Origin: Eledone cirrhosa
Lineage: Eukaryota
Reading direction: 5' to 3'
NCBI GenBank assembly: GCA_964016885.1
Contig: OZ024743.1
Location: forward strand, 138,384,001-138,448,000
Length of the DNA stretch: 64,000 nucleotides
This document shows, piece after piece, positions 25,480-37,900 of the stretch; the stretch's first letter is position 1; every line of letters starts with the position of its first letter. The notes under the pieces are model-generated. The model saw only the letters and a program-made list of their open reading frames with translations. It did not search any database and was not told where the DNA came from. The translations under genes were made by a program, and so were the position numbers.

Positions 25480-26380
25480 CTTGGTGTTTGGTGTTTGGTG
25501 CTTGGTGCTTGGTTCTTGGTGTTTGGTGCTTGGTGCTTGGTGCTTGGTGTTTGGTGCTTGGTGCTTGGTGTTTGGTGCTTGGTGTTTGGTGCTTGTTGTT
25601 TGGTGCTTGGTGCTTGGTGCTTGGTGCATGGTGCTTGGTGTTTGGTGCTTGGTGTTTGGTGCTTGGTGTTAGGTGTTTGGTGCTTGGTGCTTGGTGTTTG
25701 GTGTTTGGTGCTTGGTGTTTGGTGCTTGGTGCTTGGTGTTTGGTGTTTGGTGCTTGGTGTTTGGTGCTTGCTACGTGGTGCTTGGTGCTTGGTGTTAGGT
25801 GTTTGGTGCTTGGTGCGTGGTGTTTGGTTTTTGGTGCTTGGTGCTTGGTGTTTGGTGTTTGGTGCTTGCTGCTGGCTGCTTGGTGTTTGGTGCTTGGTGA
25901 TTGGTGCTTGGTGTTTGGTGCTTGGTGTTTGGTGTTTGGTGTTTGGTGCTTGGTGCTTGGTTCTTGGTGTTTGGTGCTTGGTGCTTGGTGCTTGGTGTTT
26001 GGTGCTTGGTGCTTGGTGTTTGGTGCTTGGTGTTTGGTGCTTGTTGTTTGGTGCTTGGTGCTTGGTGCTTGGTGCATGGTGCTTGGTGTTTGGTGCTTGG
26101 TGTTTGGTGCTTGGTGTTAGGTGTTTGGTGCTTGGTGCTTGGTGTTTGGTGTTTGGTGCTTGGTGTTTGGTGCTTGGTGCTTGGTGTTTGTGGTTTGGTG
26201 CTTGGTGTTTGGTGCTTGCTACGTGGTGCTTGGTGCTTGGTGTTAGGTGTTTGGTGCTTGGTGCGTGGTGTTTGGTTTTTGGTGCTTCGTGCTTGGTGTT
26301 TGGTGTTTGGTGCTTGCTGCTGGCTGCTTGGTGTTTGGTGCTTGGTGATTGGTGCTTGGTGTTTGGTGCTTGGTGTTTGG
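25480..26380 (+). repeat. Internal 448-bp (64-monomer) tandem duplication
   Basis: GCTACGTGG marker (A at 25773 and 26221) and flanking TGCATGG, GTTAGG and GCTGCTGGCTGC markers repeat at offset 448. Boundaries approximate. Confidence 0.85.
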
Positions 26381-28079
26381 TGTTTGGTGCTAGGTGCTTG
26401 GTGCTTGGTGTTTGGTGCTTGGTGCTTGGTGTTTGGTGTTTGGTGCTTTGTGCTTGGTGTTTGGTGCTTGGTGCTGGGTGGTTGGTGTTTGGTGCTTGGT
26501 GTTTGGTGCTGGGTGCTTGGTGTTTGGTGCTTGGTGCTTGGTCTTTGGTGCTTGGTGTTTGGTGTTTGGTGCTTGGTGCTTGGTGCTTGGTGTTTGGTGC
26601 TTGGTGCTTGGTGTTTGGTGTTTGGTGCTTAGTGTTTGGTGCTAGGTGCTTGGGGTTTGGTGTTTGGTGCTTGGTGTTTGTTGTTTGGTGTTTGTTGTTT
26701 GGTGTTTGTTGTTTGGTGTTTGTTGTTTGGTGTTTGCTGTTTGGTGTTTGGTGTTTGTTGTTTGGTGTTTGCTGTTTGGTGTCTGCTTTTTGGTGTTTGG
26801 TGTTTGCTGTATGTTGTTTGCTGTTTGGTGTTTGGTGTTTGGTATTTGGTGTTTGGTGCTTGGTGCTTGGTGCTTGGTGCTTGGTGCTTGGTGTTTGGTG
26901 CCTGGTGCTTGGTGCTTGGTGTTTGGTGTTTGGTGCTTGGTGCTTGGTGCTTGGAGTTTGGTGTTTGGTGCTTGTTGCTTGGTGTTTTGTGTTTGGTGTT
27001 TGGTATTTGGTGCTTGGTGCTTGGTGCTTGGTCCTTGGTGTTTGGTGCTGGGTGCTTTGTGTTTGGTGTTTGGTGCTTCGTGCTTGGTGTTTGGTGTTTG
27101 GTGCTTGGTGTTTGGTGTTATATGCTTGGTGTTTGATGCTTGGTGCTTGGTGTTTGGTGTTTGATGCTTGGTGCTTGATGCTTGGTGTTTGGTGCTTGGT
27201 GCTTAGTGCTTGGTGTTTTGTGTTTGGTGCTTGGTGCTTGGTGTTTGTACTTGGTGCTTGGTGCTTGGTGTTTGGTTCTTGGTTCTTGGTGTTTGGTACT
27301 TGGTGCTTGCTGTTTGGTGCTTGGTGTTTGGTGCTTGGTGTTTGGTGCTTGGTGCTTGGTATTTGGTGCTTGGTGTTTGGTGTTTGGTGCTTGGTGCTTG
27401 GTGTTTGGTGTTTGGTGTTTGCTGTTTGCTGTTTGGTGTCTGCTTTTTGGTGTTTGGTGTTTGCTGTATGGTGTTTGCTGTTTCGTGTTTGGTGTTTGCT
27501 GTTTGGTGTTTGGTCTTTGGTGCTTGGTGTTTGGTGCTTGGTGCTTGGTGTTTGGTGTTTGGTGCTTGGTGCTTGGTGTTTGGTGTTTGGTGCTTGGTGC
27601 TTGGTGCTTGGTGTTTGGTGTTTGGTGCTTGGTGTCTGGTGCTTGGTGTTTGGTGCTTGGTGTTTGGTGTCTGGTGTTTGGTGCTTGGTGCTTGGTGTTT
27701 GGTGTTTGGTGCTTGGTGTTTGGTGTTTGGTGTTTGGTGCTTGTTGCTTGGTGCTTGGTGTTTGGTGCTTGGTGCTTGGTGTTTGGTGCTGGGTGCTGGG
27801 TGCTTGGTGCTTGGTGCATGGTGCTTGGTGCTTGGTGTTTGGTGTTTGGTGCTTGGTGTTTGGTGTTATATGCTTGGTGTTTGATGCTTGGTGCTTGGTG
27901 TTTGGTGTTTGATGCTTGGTGCTTGATGCTTGGTGCTTGGTGCTTGGTGTTTGGTGCTTGGTGCTTGGTGTTTGTACTTGTTGCTTGGTGCTTGATGCTT
28001 GGTGATTGGTGTTTGGTGCTTGGTTCTTGGTGTTTGGTGCTTGGTGTTTGGTGCTTGGTGCTTGGTGTTTGGTGCTTGG

Positions 28080-28955
28080 TGCTTGGTGTTTGGTGTTTGG
28101 TGCTTGGTGCTTGGTTCTTGGTGTTTGGTGCTTGGTGCTTGGTGTTTGGTGCTTGGTGTTTGGTGCTTGTTGTTTGGTGCTTGGTGCTTGGTGCTTGGTG
28201 CATGGTGCTTGGTGTTTGGTGCTTGGTGTTTGGTGCTTGGTGTTAGGTGTTTGGTGCTTGGTGCTTGGTGTTTGGTGTTTGGTGCTTGGTGTTTGGTGCT
28301 TGGTGCTTGGTGTTTGGTGTTTGGTGCTTGGTGTTTGGTGCTTGCTACGTGGTGCTTGGTGCTTGGTGTTAGGTGTTTGGTGCTTGGTGCGTGGTGTTTG
28401 GTTTTTGGTGCTTGGTGCTTGGTGTTTGGTGTTTGGTGCTTGCTGCTGGCTGCTTGGTGTTTGGTGCTTGGTGATTGGTGCTTGGTGTTTGGTGCTTGGT
28501 GTTTGGTGTTTGGTGTTTGGTGCTTGGTGCTTGGTTCTTGGTGTTTGGTGCTTGGTGCTTGGTGCTTGGTGTTTGGTGCTTGGTGCTTGGTGTTTGGTGC
28601 TTGGTGTTTGGTGCTTGTTGTTTGGTGCTTGGTGCTTGGTGCTTGGTGCATGGTGCTTGGTGTTTGGTGCTTGGTGTTTGGTGCTTGGTGTTAGGTGTTT
28701 GGTGCTTGGTGCTTGGTGTTTGGTGTTTGGTGCTTGGTGTTTGGTGCTTGGTGCTTGGTGTTTGGTGTTTGGTGCTTGGTGTTTGGTGCTTGCTACGTGG
28801 TGCTTGGTGCTTGGTGTTAGGTGTTTGGTGCTTGGTGCGTGGTGTTTGGTTTTTGGTGCTTCGTGCTTGGTGTTTGGTGTTTGGTGCTTGCTGCTGGCTG
28901 CTTGGTGTTTGGTGCTTGGTGATTGGTGCTTGGTGTTTGGTGCTTGGTGTTTGGT
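28080..28955 (+). repeat. Second copy of the ~448-bp tandem duplication
   Basis: GCTACGTGG A at 28347 and 28795 (offset 448). ORFs 25901/28475 and 26394/28968 match at offset 2574. Confidence 0.85.
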
Positions 28956-31900
28956 GTTTGGTGCTAGGTGCTTGGTGCTTGGTGTTTGGTGCTTGGTGCT
29001 TGGTGTTTGGTGTTTGGTGCTTTGTGCTTGGTGTTTGGTGCTTGGTGCTGGGTGGTTGGTGTTTGGTGCTTGGTGTTTGGTGCTGGGTGCTTGGTGTTTG
29101 GTGCTTGGTGCTTGGTCTTTGGTGCTTGGTGTTTGGTGTTTGGTGCTTGGTGCTTGGTGCTTTGTGTTTGGTGCTTGGTGCTTGGTGTTTGGTGTTTGGT
29201 GCTTAGTGTTTGGTGCTAGGTGCTTGGGGTTTGGTGTTTGGTGCTTGGTGCTTGGTGCTTGGTGTTTGGTGCTTGGTGCTTGGTGCTTGGTGCTTGGTCT
29301 TTGGAGTTTGGTGTTTAGTGCTTGGTGTTTGGTGCTTGGTGCCTGGTGCTTGGTGCTTGGTGCTTGGTGTTTGGTGCTTGGTGTTTGGTGCTTGGTGTTA
29401 GGTGTTTGGTGCTTGGTGCTTGGTGTTTGGTGTTTGGTGCTTGGTGTTTGGTGCTTGGTGCTTGGTGTTTGGTGTTTGGTGCTTGGTGTTTGGTGCTTGG
29501 TACTTGGTGCTTGGTGTTAGGTGTTTGGTGCTTGGTTTTTGGTGCTTGATGCTTGGTGTTTGGTGTTTGGTGCTTGCTGCTGGCTGCTTGGTGCTTGGTG
29601 ATTGGTGCTTGGTGTTTGGTGCTTGGTGTTTGGTGTTTGGTGCTAGGTGCTTGGTGCTTGGTGTTTGGTGCTTGGTGTTTGGTGCTTGGTGTTTGGTGTT
29701 TGGTGTTTGGTGCTTGGTGCTTGGTGTTTGGTGCTTGGTGCTGGGTGGTTGGTGTTTGGTGCTTGGTGTTTGGTGCTGGGTGCTTGGTGTTTGGTGCTTG
29801 GTGCTTGGTCTTTGGTGCTTGGTGTTTGGTGTTTGGTGCTTGCTGCTTGGTGTTTGGTTCTTGGTGCTTGGTGTTTGGTGCTTGGTGCTTAGTGTTTGGT
29901 GCTAGGTGCTTGGGGTTTGGTGTTTGGTGCTTGGTGTTTGGTGCTTGGTTCTTGGTATTTGGTGTTTGCTGTTTACTGTTTGGTGTTTGTTGTTTGGTGT
30001 TTGTTGTTTGGTGTTTGTTGTTTGGTGTTTGTTGTTTGGTGTTTGCTGTTTGGTGTTTGGTGTTTGTTGTTTGGTGTTTGCTGTTTGGTGTCTGCTTTTT
30101 GGTGTTTGGTGTTTGCTGTATGTTGTTTGCTGTTTGGTGTTTGGTGTTTGGTATTTGGTGTTTGGTGCTTGGTGCTTGGTGCTTGGTGCTTGGTGCTTGG
30201 TGTTTGGTGCCTGGTGCTTGGTGCTTGGTGTTTGGTGTTTGGTGCTTGGTGCTTGGTGCTTGGAGTTTGGTGTTTGGTGCTTGTTGCTTGGTGTTTTGTG
30301 TTTGGTGTTTGGTATTTGGTGCTTGGTGCTTCGTGCTTGGTCCTTGGTGTTTGGTGCTGGGTGCTTTGTGTTTGGTGTTTGGTGCTTCGTGCTTGGTGTT
30401 TGGTGTTTGGTGCTTGGTGTTTGGTGTTATATGCTTGGTGTTTGATGCTTGGTGCTTGGTGTTTGGTGTTTGATGCTTGGTGCTTGATGCTTGGTGTTTG
30501 GTGCTTGGTGCTTAGTGCTTGGTGTTTTGTGTTTGGTGCTTGGTGCTTGGTGTTTGTACTTGGTGCTTGGTGCTTGTTGTTTGGTTCTTGGTTCTTGGTG
30601 TTTGGTACTTGGTGCTTGCTGTTTGGTGCTTGGTGTTTGGTGCTTGGTGTTTGGTGCTTGGTGCATGGTATTTGGTGCTTGGTGTTTGGTGTTTGGTGCT
30701 TGGTGCTTGGTGTTTGGTGTTTGGTGTTTGGTGTTTGCTGTTTGCTGTTTGGTGTCTGCTTTTTGGTGTTTGGTGTTTGCTGTATGGTGTTTGCTGTTTC
30801 GTGTTTGGTGTTTGCTGTTTGGTGTTTGGTCTTTGGTGCTTGGTGTTTGGTGCTTGGTGCTTGGTGTTTGGTGTTTGGTGCTTGGTGCTTGGTGTTTGGT
30901 GTTTGGTGCTTGGTGATTGGTGCTTGGTGTTTGGTGTTTGGTGCTTGGTGTCTGGTGCTTGGTGTTTGGTGCTTGGTGTTTGGTGTCTGGTGTTTGGTGC
31001 TTGGTGCTTGGTGTTTGGTGTTTGGTGCTTGGTGTTTGGTGTTTGGTGTTTGGTGCTTGTTGCTTGGTGCTTGGTGTTTGGTGCTTGGTGCTTGGTGTTT
31101 GATGCTGGGTGCTGGGTGCTTGGTGCTTGGTGCATGGTGCTTGGTGCTTGGTGTTTGGTGTTTGGTGCTTGGTGTTTGGTGTTATATGCTTGGTGTTTGA
31201 TGCTTGGTGCTTGGTGTTTGGTGTTTGATGCTTGGTGCTTGATGCTTGGTGCTTGGTGCTTGGTGTTTGGTGCTTGGTGCTTGGTGTTTGTACTTGTTGC
31301 TTGGTGCTTGATGCTTGGTGATTGGTGTTTGGTGCTTGGTTCTTGGTGTTTGGTGCTTGGTGTTTGTTTCTTGGTGCTTGGTGTTTGGTGCTTGGTGCTT
31401 GGTGTTTGGTGTTTGGTGCTTGGTGCTTGGTTCTTGGTGATTGGTGCTTGGTGCTTGGTGCTTGGTGTTTGGTGCTTGGTGTTTGGTGTTTGGTGCTTGG
31501 TGTTTGGTGCTTGTTGTTTGGTGCTTGGTGCTTGGTGCTTGGTGCATGGTGCTTGGTGTTTGGTGCTTGGTGTTTGGTGCTTGGTGTTAGGTGTTTGGTG
31601 CTTGGTGCTTGGTGTTTGGTGTTTGGTGCTTGGTGTTTGGTGCTTGGTGCTTGGTGTTTGGTGTTTGGTGCTTGGTGTTTGGTGCTTGCTACGTGGTGCT
31701 TGGTGCTTGGTGTTAGGTGTTTGGTGCTTGGTGCGTGGTGTTTGGTTTTTGGTGCTTGGTGCTTGGTGTTTGGTGTTTGGTGCTTGCTGCTGGCTGCTTG
31801 GTGTTTGGTGCTTGGTGATTGGTGCTTGGTGTTTGGTGCTTGGTGTTTGGTGTTTGGTGCTAGGTGCTTGGTGCTTGGTGTTTGGTGCTTGGTGCTTGGT

Positions 31901-34900
31901 GTTTGGTGTTTGGTGCTTTGTGCTGGTGTTTGGTGCTTGGTGCTGGGTGGTTGGTGTTTGGTGCTTGGTGTTTGGTGCTGGGTGCTTGGTGTTTGGTGCT
32001 TGGTGCTTGGTCTTTGGTGCTTGGTGTTTGGTGTTTGGTGCTTGGTGCTTGGTGCTTGGTGTTTGGTGCTTGGTGCTTGGTGTTTGGTGTTTGGTGCTTA
32101 GTGTTTGGTGCTAGGTGCTTGGGGTTTGGTATTTGGTGCTTGGTGCTTGATGCTTGGTGTTTGGTGCTTGGTGCTTGGTGCTTGGTGCTTGGTCTTTGGA
32201 GTTTGGTGTTTGGTGTTTGGTGTTTGGTATTTGGTGTTTGGTGCTTGGTGCTTGGTGTTTGGTGCTTGGTGCTTGGTGTTTGGTGCCTGGTGCTTGGTGC
32301 TTGGTGTTTGGTGTTTGGTGCTTGGTGCTTGGTGCTTGGAGTTTGGTGTTTGGTGCTTGTTGCTTGGTGTTTTGTGTTTGGTGTTTGGTATTTGGTGCTT
32401 GGTGCTTGGTGCTTGGTCCTTGGTGTTTGGTGCTGGGTGCTTTGTGTTTGGTGCTTGGTGCTTCGTGCTTGGTGTTTGGTGTTTGGTGCTTGGTGTTTGG
32501 TGTTATATGCTTGGTGTTTGATGCTTGGTGCTTGGTGTTTGGTGTTTGATGCTTGGTGCTTGATGCTTGGTGTTTGGTGCTTGGTGCTTAGTGCTTGGTG
32601 TTTTGTATTGGTGCTTGGTGCTTGGTGTTTGTACTTGGTGCTTGGTGCTTGGTGTTTGGTTCTTGGTTCTTGGTGTTTGGTACTTGGTGCTTGCTGTTTG
32701 GTGCTTGGTGTTTGGTGCTTGGTGTTTGGTGCTTGGTGCTTGGTATTTGGTGCTTGGTGTTTGGTGTTTGGTGCTTGGTGCTTGGTGTTTGGTGTTTGGT
32801 GTTTGGTGTTTGCTGTTTGCTGTTTGGTGTCTGCTTTTTGGTGTTTGGTGTTTGCTGTATGGTGTTTGCTGTTTCGTGTTTGGTGTTTGCTGTTTGGTGT
32901 TTGGTCTTTGGTGCTTGGTGTTTGGTGCTTGGTGCTTGGTGTTTGGTGTTTGGTGCTTGGTGCTTGGTGTTTGGTGTTTGGTGCTTGGTGCTTGGTGCTT
33001 GGTGTTTGGTGTTTGGTGCTTGGTGTCTGGTGCTTGGTGTTTGGTTCTTGGTGTTTGGTGTCTGGTGTTTGGTGCTTGGTGCTTGGTGTTTGGTGTTTGG
33101 TGCTTGGTGTTTGGTGTTTGGTGTTTGGTGCTTGTTGCTTGGTGCTTGGTGTTTGGTGCTTGGTGCTTGGTGTTTGGTGCTGGGTGCTGGGTGCTTGGTG
33201 CTTGGTGCATGGTGCTTGGTGCTTGGTGTTTGGTGTTTGGTGCTTGGTGTTTGGTGTTATATGCTTGGTGTTTGATGCTTGGTGCTTGGTGTTTGGTGTT
33301 TGATGCTTGGTGCTTGATGCTTGGTGCTTGGTGCTTGGTGTTTGGTGCTTGGTGCTTGGTGTTTGTACTTGTTGCTTGGTGCTTGATGCTTGGTGATTGG
33401 TGTTTGGTGCTTGGTTCTTGGTGTTTGGTGCTTGGTGTTTGGTGCTTGGTGCTTGGTGTTTGGTGCTTGGTGCTTGGTGTTTGGTGTTTGGTGCTTGGTG
33501 CTTGGTTCTTGGTGTTTGGTGCTTGGTGCTTGGTGCTTGGTGTTTGGTGCTTGGTGCTTGGTGTTTGGTGCTTGGTGTTTGGTGCTTGTTGTTTGGTGCT
33601 TGGTGCTTGGTGCTTGGTGCATGGTCCTTGGTGTTTGGTGCTTGGTGTTTGGTGCTTGGTGTTAGGTGTTTGGTGCTTGGTGCTTGGTGTTTGGTGTTTG
33701 GTGCTTGGTGTTTGGTGCTTGGTGCTTGGTGTTTGGTGTTTGGTGCTTGGTGTTTGGTGCTTGCTACGTGGTGCTTGGTGCTTGGTGTTAGGTGTTTGGT
33801 GTTTGGTGCGTGGTGTTTGGTTTTTGGTGCTTGGTGCTTGGTGTTTGGTGTTTGGTGCTTGCTGCTGGCTGCTTGGTGTTTGGTGCTTGGTGATTGGTGC
33901 TTGGTGTTTGGTGCTTGGTGTTTGGTGTTTGGTGCTAGGTGCTTGGTGCTTGGTGTTTGGTGCTTGGTGCTTGGTGTTTGGTGTTTGGTGCTTTGTGCTG
34001 GTGTTTGGTGCTTGGTGCTGGGTGGTTGGTGTTTGGTGCTTGGTGTTTGGTGCTGGGTGCTTGGTGTTTGGTGCTTGGTGCTTGGTCTTTGGTGCTTGGT
34101 GTTTGGTGTTTGGTGCTTGGTGCTTGGTGCTTGGTGTTTGGTGCTTGGTGCTTGGTGTTTGGTGTTTGGTGCTTAGTGTTTGGTGCTAGGTGCTTGGGGT
34201 TTGGTGTTTGGTGCTTGGTGCTTGGTGCTTGGTGTTTGGTGCTTGGTGCTTGGTGCTTGGTGCTTGGTCTTTGGAGTTTGGTGTTTAGTGCTTGGTGCTT
34301 GGTGCTTGGTGTTTGGTGCTTGGTGCTTGGTGCATTGTGATTAGTGTTTGGTGCTTGGTGCTTGGGGTTTGGTGTTTGGTGCTTGGTGCTTGGTATTTGG
34401 TGCTTGGTACTTGGTGTTTGGTGCTTGGTGTTTGCTGTTTGCTGTTTGGTGTTTTTGGTGTTTGCTGTTTGCTGTTTGGTGTCTGCTTTTTGGTGTTTGG
34501 TGTTTGCTCTATGGTGTTTGCTGTTTCATGTTTGGTGTTTGCTGTTTGGTGTTTGGTGTTTGCTGTTTGGTGTTTGGTCTTTGGTGCTTGGTCTTTGGTG
34601 CTTGGTGTTTGGTGTTTGGTGCTTGGTGCTTGGTGCTTGGTGATTGGTGCTTGGTGATTAGTGTTTGGTACTTGGTGCTTGGGGTTTGGATTTTTGGTGC
34701 TTGGCGCTTGGTGTTTGGTGCTTGGTACTTGGTGTTTGGTGCTTGGTGTTTGCTGTTTGGTGTTTGGTGTTTGGTGTTTGGTGTTTGGTGTTTGGTGTTT
34801 GCTGTTTGGTGTCTGCTTTTTGGTGTTTGGTGTTTGCTCTATGGTGTTTGCTGTTTCGTGTTTGGTGTTTGCTGTTTGGTGTTTGGTGTTTGCTGTTTGG

Positions 34901-37900
34901 TGTTTGGTCTTTGGTGCTTGGTGTTTGGTGCTTGGTGCTTGGTGTTTGGTGTTTGGTGCTTGGTGTTTGGTGTTTGGTGTTTGGTGCTTGGTGTTTGGTG
35001 TTTGGTGCCTGGTGTTTGGTGTTTATTGCTTGTTGCTTGGTGCTTGGTGCTTGGTGTTTGGTGCTTGGTGTTTGGTGCTGGGTGCTTGGTGTTTAGTGCT
35101 TGGCGCTTGGTGCTTGGTGTTTCGTGTTTGGTGCTTGGTGCTTGTTGTTTGGTGTTATATGCTTGGTGTTTGATGCTTGGTGCTTGGTGCTTGGTGTTTG
35201 GTGTTTGGTGCTTGGTGTTTGATGCTTGGTGTTTGATGCTTGGTGCTTGGTGCTTGGTGTTTGGTGCTTGGTGCTTGGTGTTTGTATTTGGTGCTTGGTG
35301 CTTGGTTCTTGGTGTTTGGTGCTTGGTGTTTGGTGCTTGGTGCTTTGTGTTTGGTGCTTGGTGTTTGGTGCTTCGTGTTTGGTGCTTGGTGCCTGGTGCT
35401 TGGTGCTTGGTGCTTGGTGTTTGGTGCTTGGTGTTTGGTGCTTGGTGTTTTGTGGTTGGTGCTTGGTGTTTGGTGTTTGGTGCTTGGTGTTTGGTGCTTG
35501 CTACTTGGTGCTTGGTGCTTGGTGCTTGGTGTTACGTGTTTGGTGCTTGGTGCTTGGTGTTTGGTTTTTGGTGCTTGGTGCTTGGTGTTTGGTGTTTGGT
35601 GCTTGCTGCTGGCTGCTTAGTGATTGGTGCTTGGTGTTTGGTGCTTGGTGTTTGGTGTTTGGTGCTAGGTGCTTGGTGCTTGGTGTTTGGTGCTTGGTGC
35701 TTGGTGTTTGGTGTTTGGTGTTTGGTGCTTGGTGTTTGGTGTTTGGTGCTTGGTGCTTGGTGCTGGGTGGTTGGTGTTTGGTGCTTGGTGTTTGGTGCTG
35801 GGTGCTTGGTGTTTGGTGCTTGGTCCTTGGTGCTTGGTGCTTGGTGTTTGGTGTTTGGTGCTTGGTGCTTGGTGTTTGGTGCTTGGTGCTTGGTGTTTGG
35901 TGCTTGGTGCTTCGTGTTTGGTGCTAGGTGCTTGGGGTTTGGTGTTTGGTGCTTGGTGTTTGGTGTTTGGTGTTTTGTGCTTGGTACTTGGTATTTGGTG
36001 TTTGCTGTTTGCTGTTTGATGTTTGTTGTTTGGTGTTTGTTGTTTGGTGTTTGCTGTTTAGTGTTTGGTGTTTAGTGTTTGCTGTATGTTGTTTGCTGTT
36101 TGGTGTTTGGTGTTTGGTGCTTGGTGTTTGGTGCTTGGTGCTTGGTGTTTGGTGCTTGGTGCATGGTGTTTGGTGCCTGGTGCTTGGTGCTTGGTGTTTG
36201 GTGTTTGGTGCTTGGTGCTTGGTGCTTGGAGTTTGGTGTTTGGTGCTTGTTGCTTGGTGTTTTGTGTTTGGTTTTTGGTGCTTGGTGCTTGGTGCTTGGT
36301 CCTTGGTGTTTGGTGCTGGGTGCTTTGTGTTTGGTGCTTGGTGCTTGATGCTTGGTGTTTTGTGTTTGGTGCTTGGTGCTTGGTGTTTGGTGCTTGGTGC
36401 TTGGTGCTAGGTGTTTGTACTTGGTGCTTGGTGTTTGGTTCTTGGTTCTTGGTGTTTGGTACTTGGTGCTTGGTGCTTGGTGCTTGGTGTTTGTTGCTTG
36501 GTGTTTGGTGCTTGGTGCTTGGTGTTTGGTGCTTGGTGTTTGGTGTTTGGTGCTTGGTGCTTGGTGTTTGGTGTTTGATGTTTGCTGTTTGCTGTTTGCT
36601 GTTTGGTGTTTGGTGTTTGCTGTTTGCTGTTTGGTGTCTGCTTTTTGGTGTTTGGTGTTTGCTGTATGTTGTTTGCTGTTTGGTGTTTGGTGTTTGGTAT
36701 TTGGTGTTTGGTGCTTGGTGCTTGGTGTTTGGTGCTTGGTGCTTGGTGTTTGGTGCCTGGTGCTTGGTGCTTGTTGTTTGGTGTTTGGTGCTTGGTGCTT
36801 GGTGCTTGGAGTTTGGTGTTTGGTGCTTGTTGCTTGGTGTTTTGTGTTTGGTGTTTGGTTTTTGGTGCTTGGTGCTTGGTGCTTGGTCCTTGGTGTTTGG
36901 TGCTGCGTGCTTTGTGTTTGGTGCTTGGTGCTTTGTGCTTGGTGTTTGGTGTTTGCTGCTTGGTGTTTGGTGCTTGGTGCTTCGTGCTTGGTGTTTTGTG
37001 TTTGGTGCTTGGTGCTTGGTGTTTGGTGCTTGGTGCTTGGTGCTTGGTGTTTGGTTCTTGGTTCTTGGTGTTTGGTACTTGGTGCTTGGTGCTTGGTGCT
37101 TGGTGTTTGGTGCTTGGTGTTTGGTGCTTGGTGCTTGGTGTTTGGTGCTTGGTGTTTGGTGCTTGGTGCTTGGTATTTGGTGTTTGGTGTTTGGTGTTTG
37201 CTGTTTGCTGTTTGGTGTTTGGTGTTTGCTGTTTGCTGTTTGGTGTCTGCTTTTTGGTGTTTGGTGTTTGCTGTATGGTGTTTGCTGTTTGGTGTTTGGT
37301 GTTTGCTGTTTGGTGTTTGGTCTTTGGTGCTTGGTGTTTGGTGCTTGGTGCTTGGTGTTTGGTGTTTGGTGCTTGGTGCTTGGTGTTTGGTGTTTGGTGC
37401 TTGGTGCTTGGTGTCTGGTGCTTGGTGCTTGGTGCTTGGTGTTTGGTGTTTGGTGTTTGGTGCTTGGTGCTTGGTGCTTGGTGTTTGGTGCTTGGTGTTT
37501 GGCGTTTGGTGCTTGTTGCTTGGTGCTTGGTGTTTGGTGCTTGGTGCTTGGTGCTGGGTGCTGGGTGCTTGGTCTTTGGTGCTTGGTGTTTGGTGTTTGG
37601 TGCTTGGTGCTTGGTGCTTGGTGTTTGGTGCTTGGTGATTAGTGTTTGGTGCTTGGTGCTTGGGGTTTGGTGTTTGGTGCTTGGTGCTTGGTGTTTGGTG
37701 CTTGGTACTTGGTGTTTGGTGCTTGGTGTTTGGTGTTTGCTGTTTGGTGTTTGGTGTTTGGTGTTTGGTGTTTGCTGTTTGGTGTCTGCTTTTTGGTGTT
37801 TGGTGTTTGCTGTATGGTGTTTGCTGTTTCGTGTTTGGTGTTTGCTGTTTGCTGTTTGGTGTTTGGTGTTTGCTGTTTGGTGTTTGGTCTTTGGTGCTTG

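Larger units (their letters stand above)
18000..34300 (+). repeat. Array of about six related 2.1-3.3 kb higher-order units
   Basis: Homologous ORF starts at 18921, 21677, 24573, 27182, 30491, 32567 (spacings 2756, 2896, 2609, 3309, 2076). Each unit carries two GTTATATGC markers, TTGTACTTGTTGC and GCTACGTGG. Confidence 0.93.

Noticed and set aside
24601-27912. 1103-aa + strand ORF and all other LVLGAWC-type ORFs as membrane or Cys-rich proteins
   Set aside because: They are the direct translation of a 7-bp repeat lacking A, so stops are rare. They overlap in all three frames, have no unique domain, and show no codon-position bias in variation.
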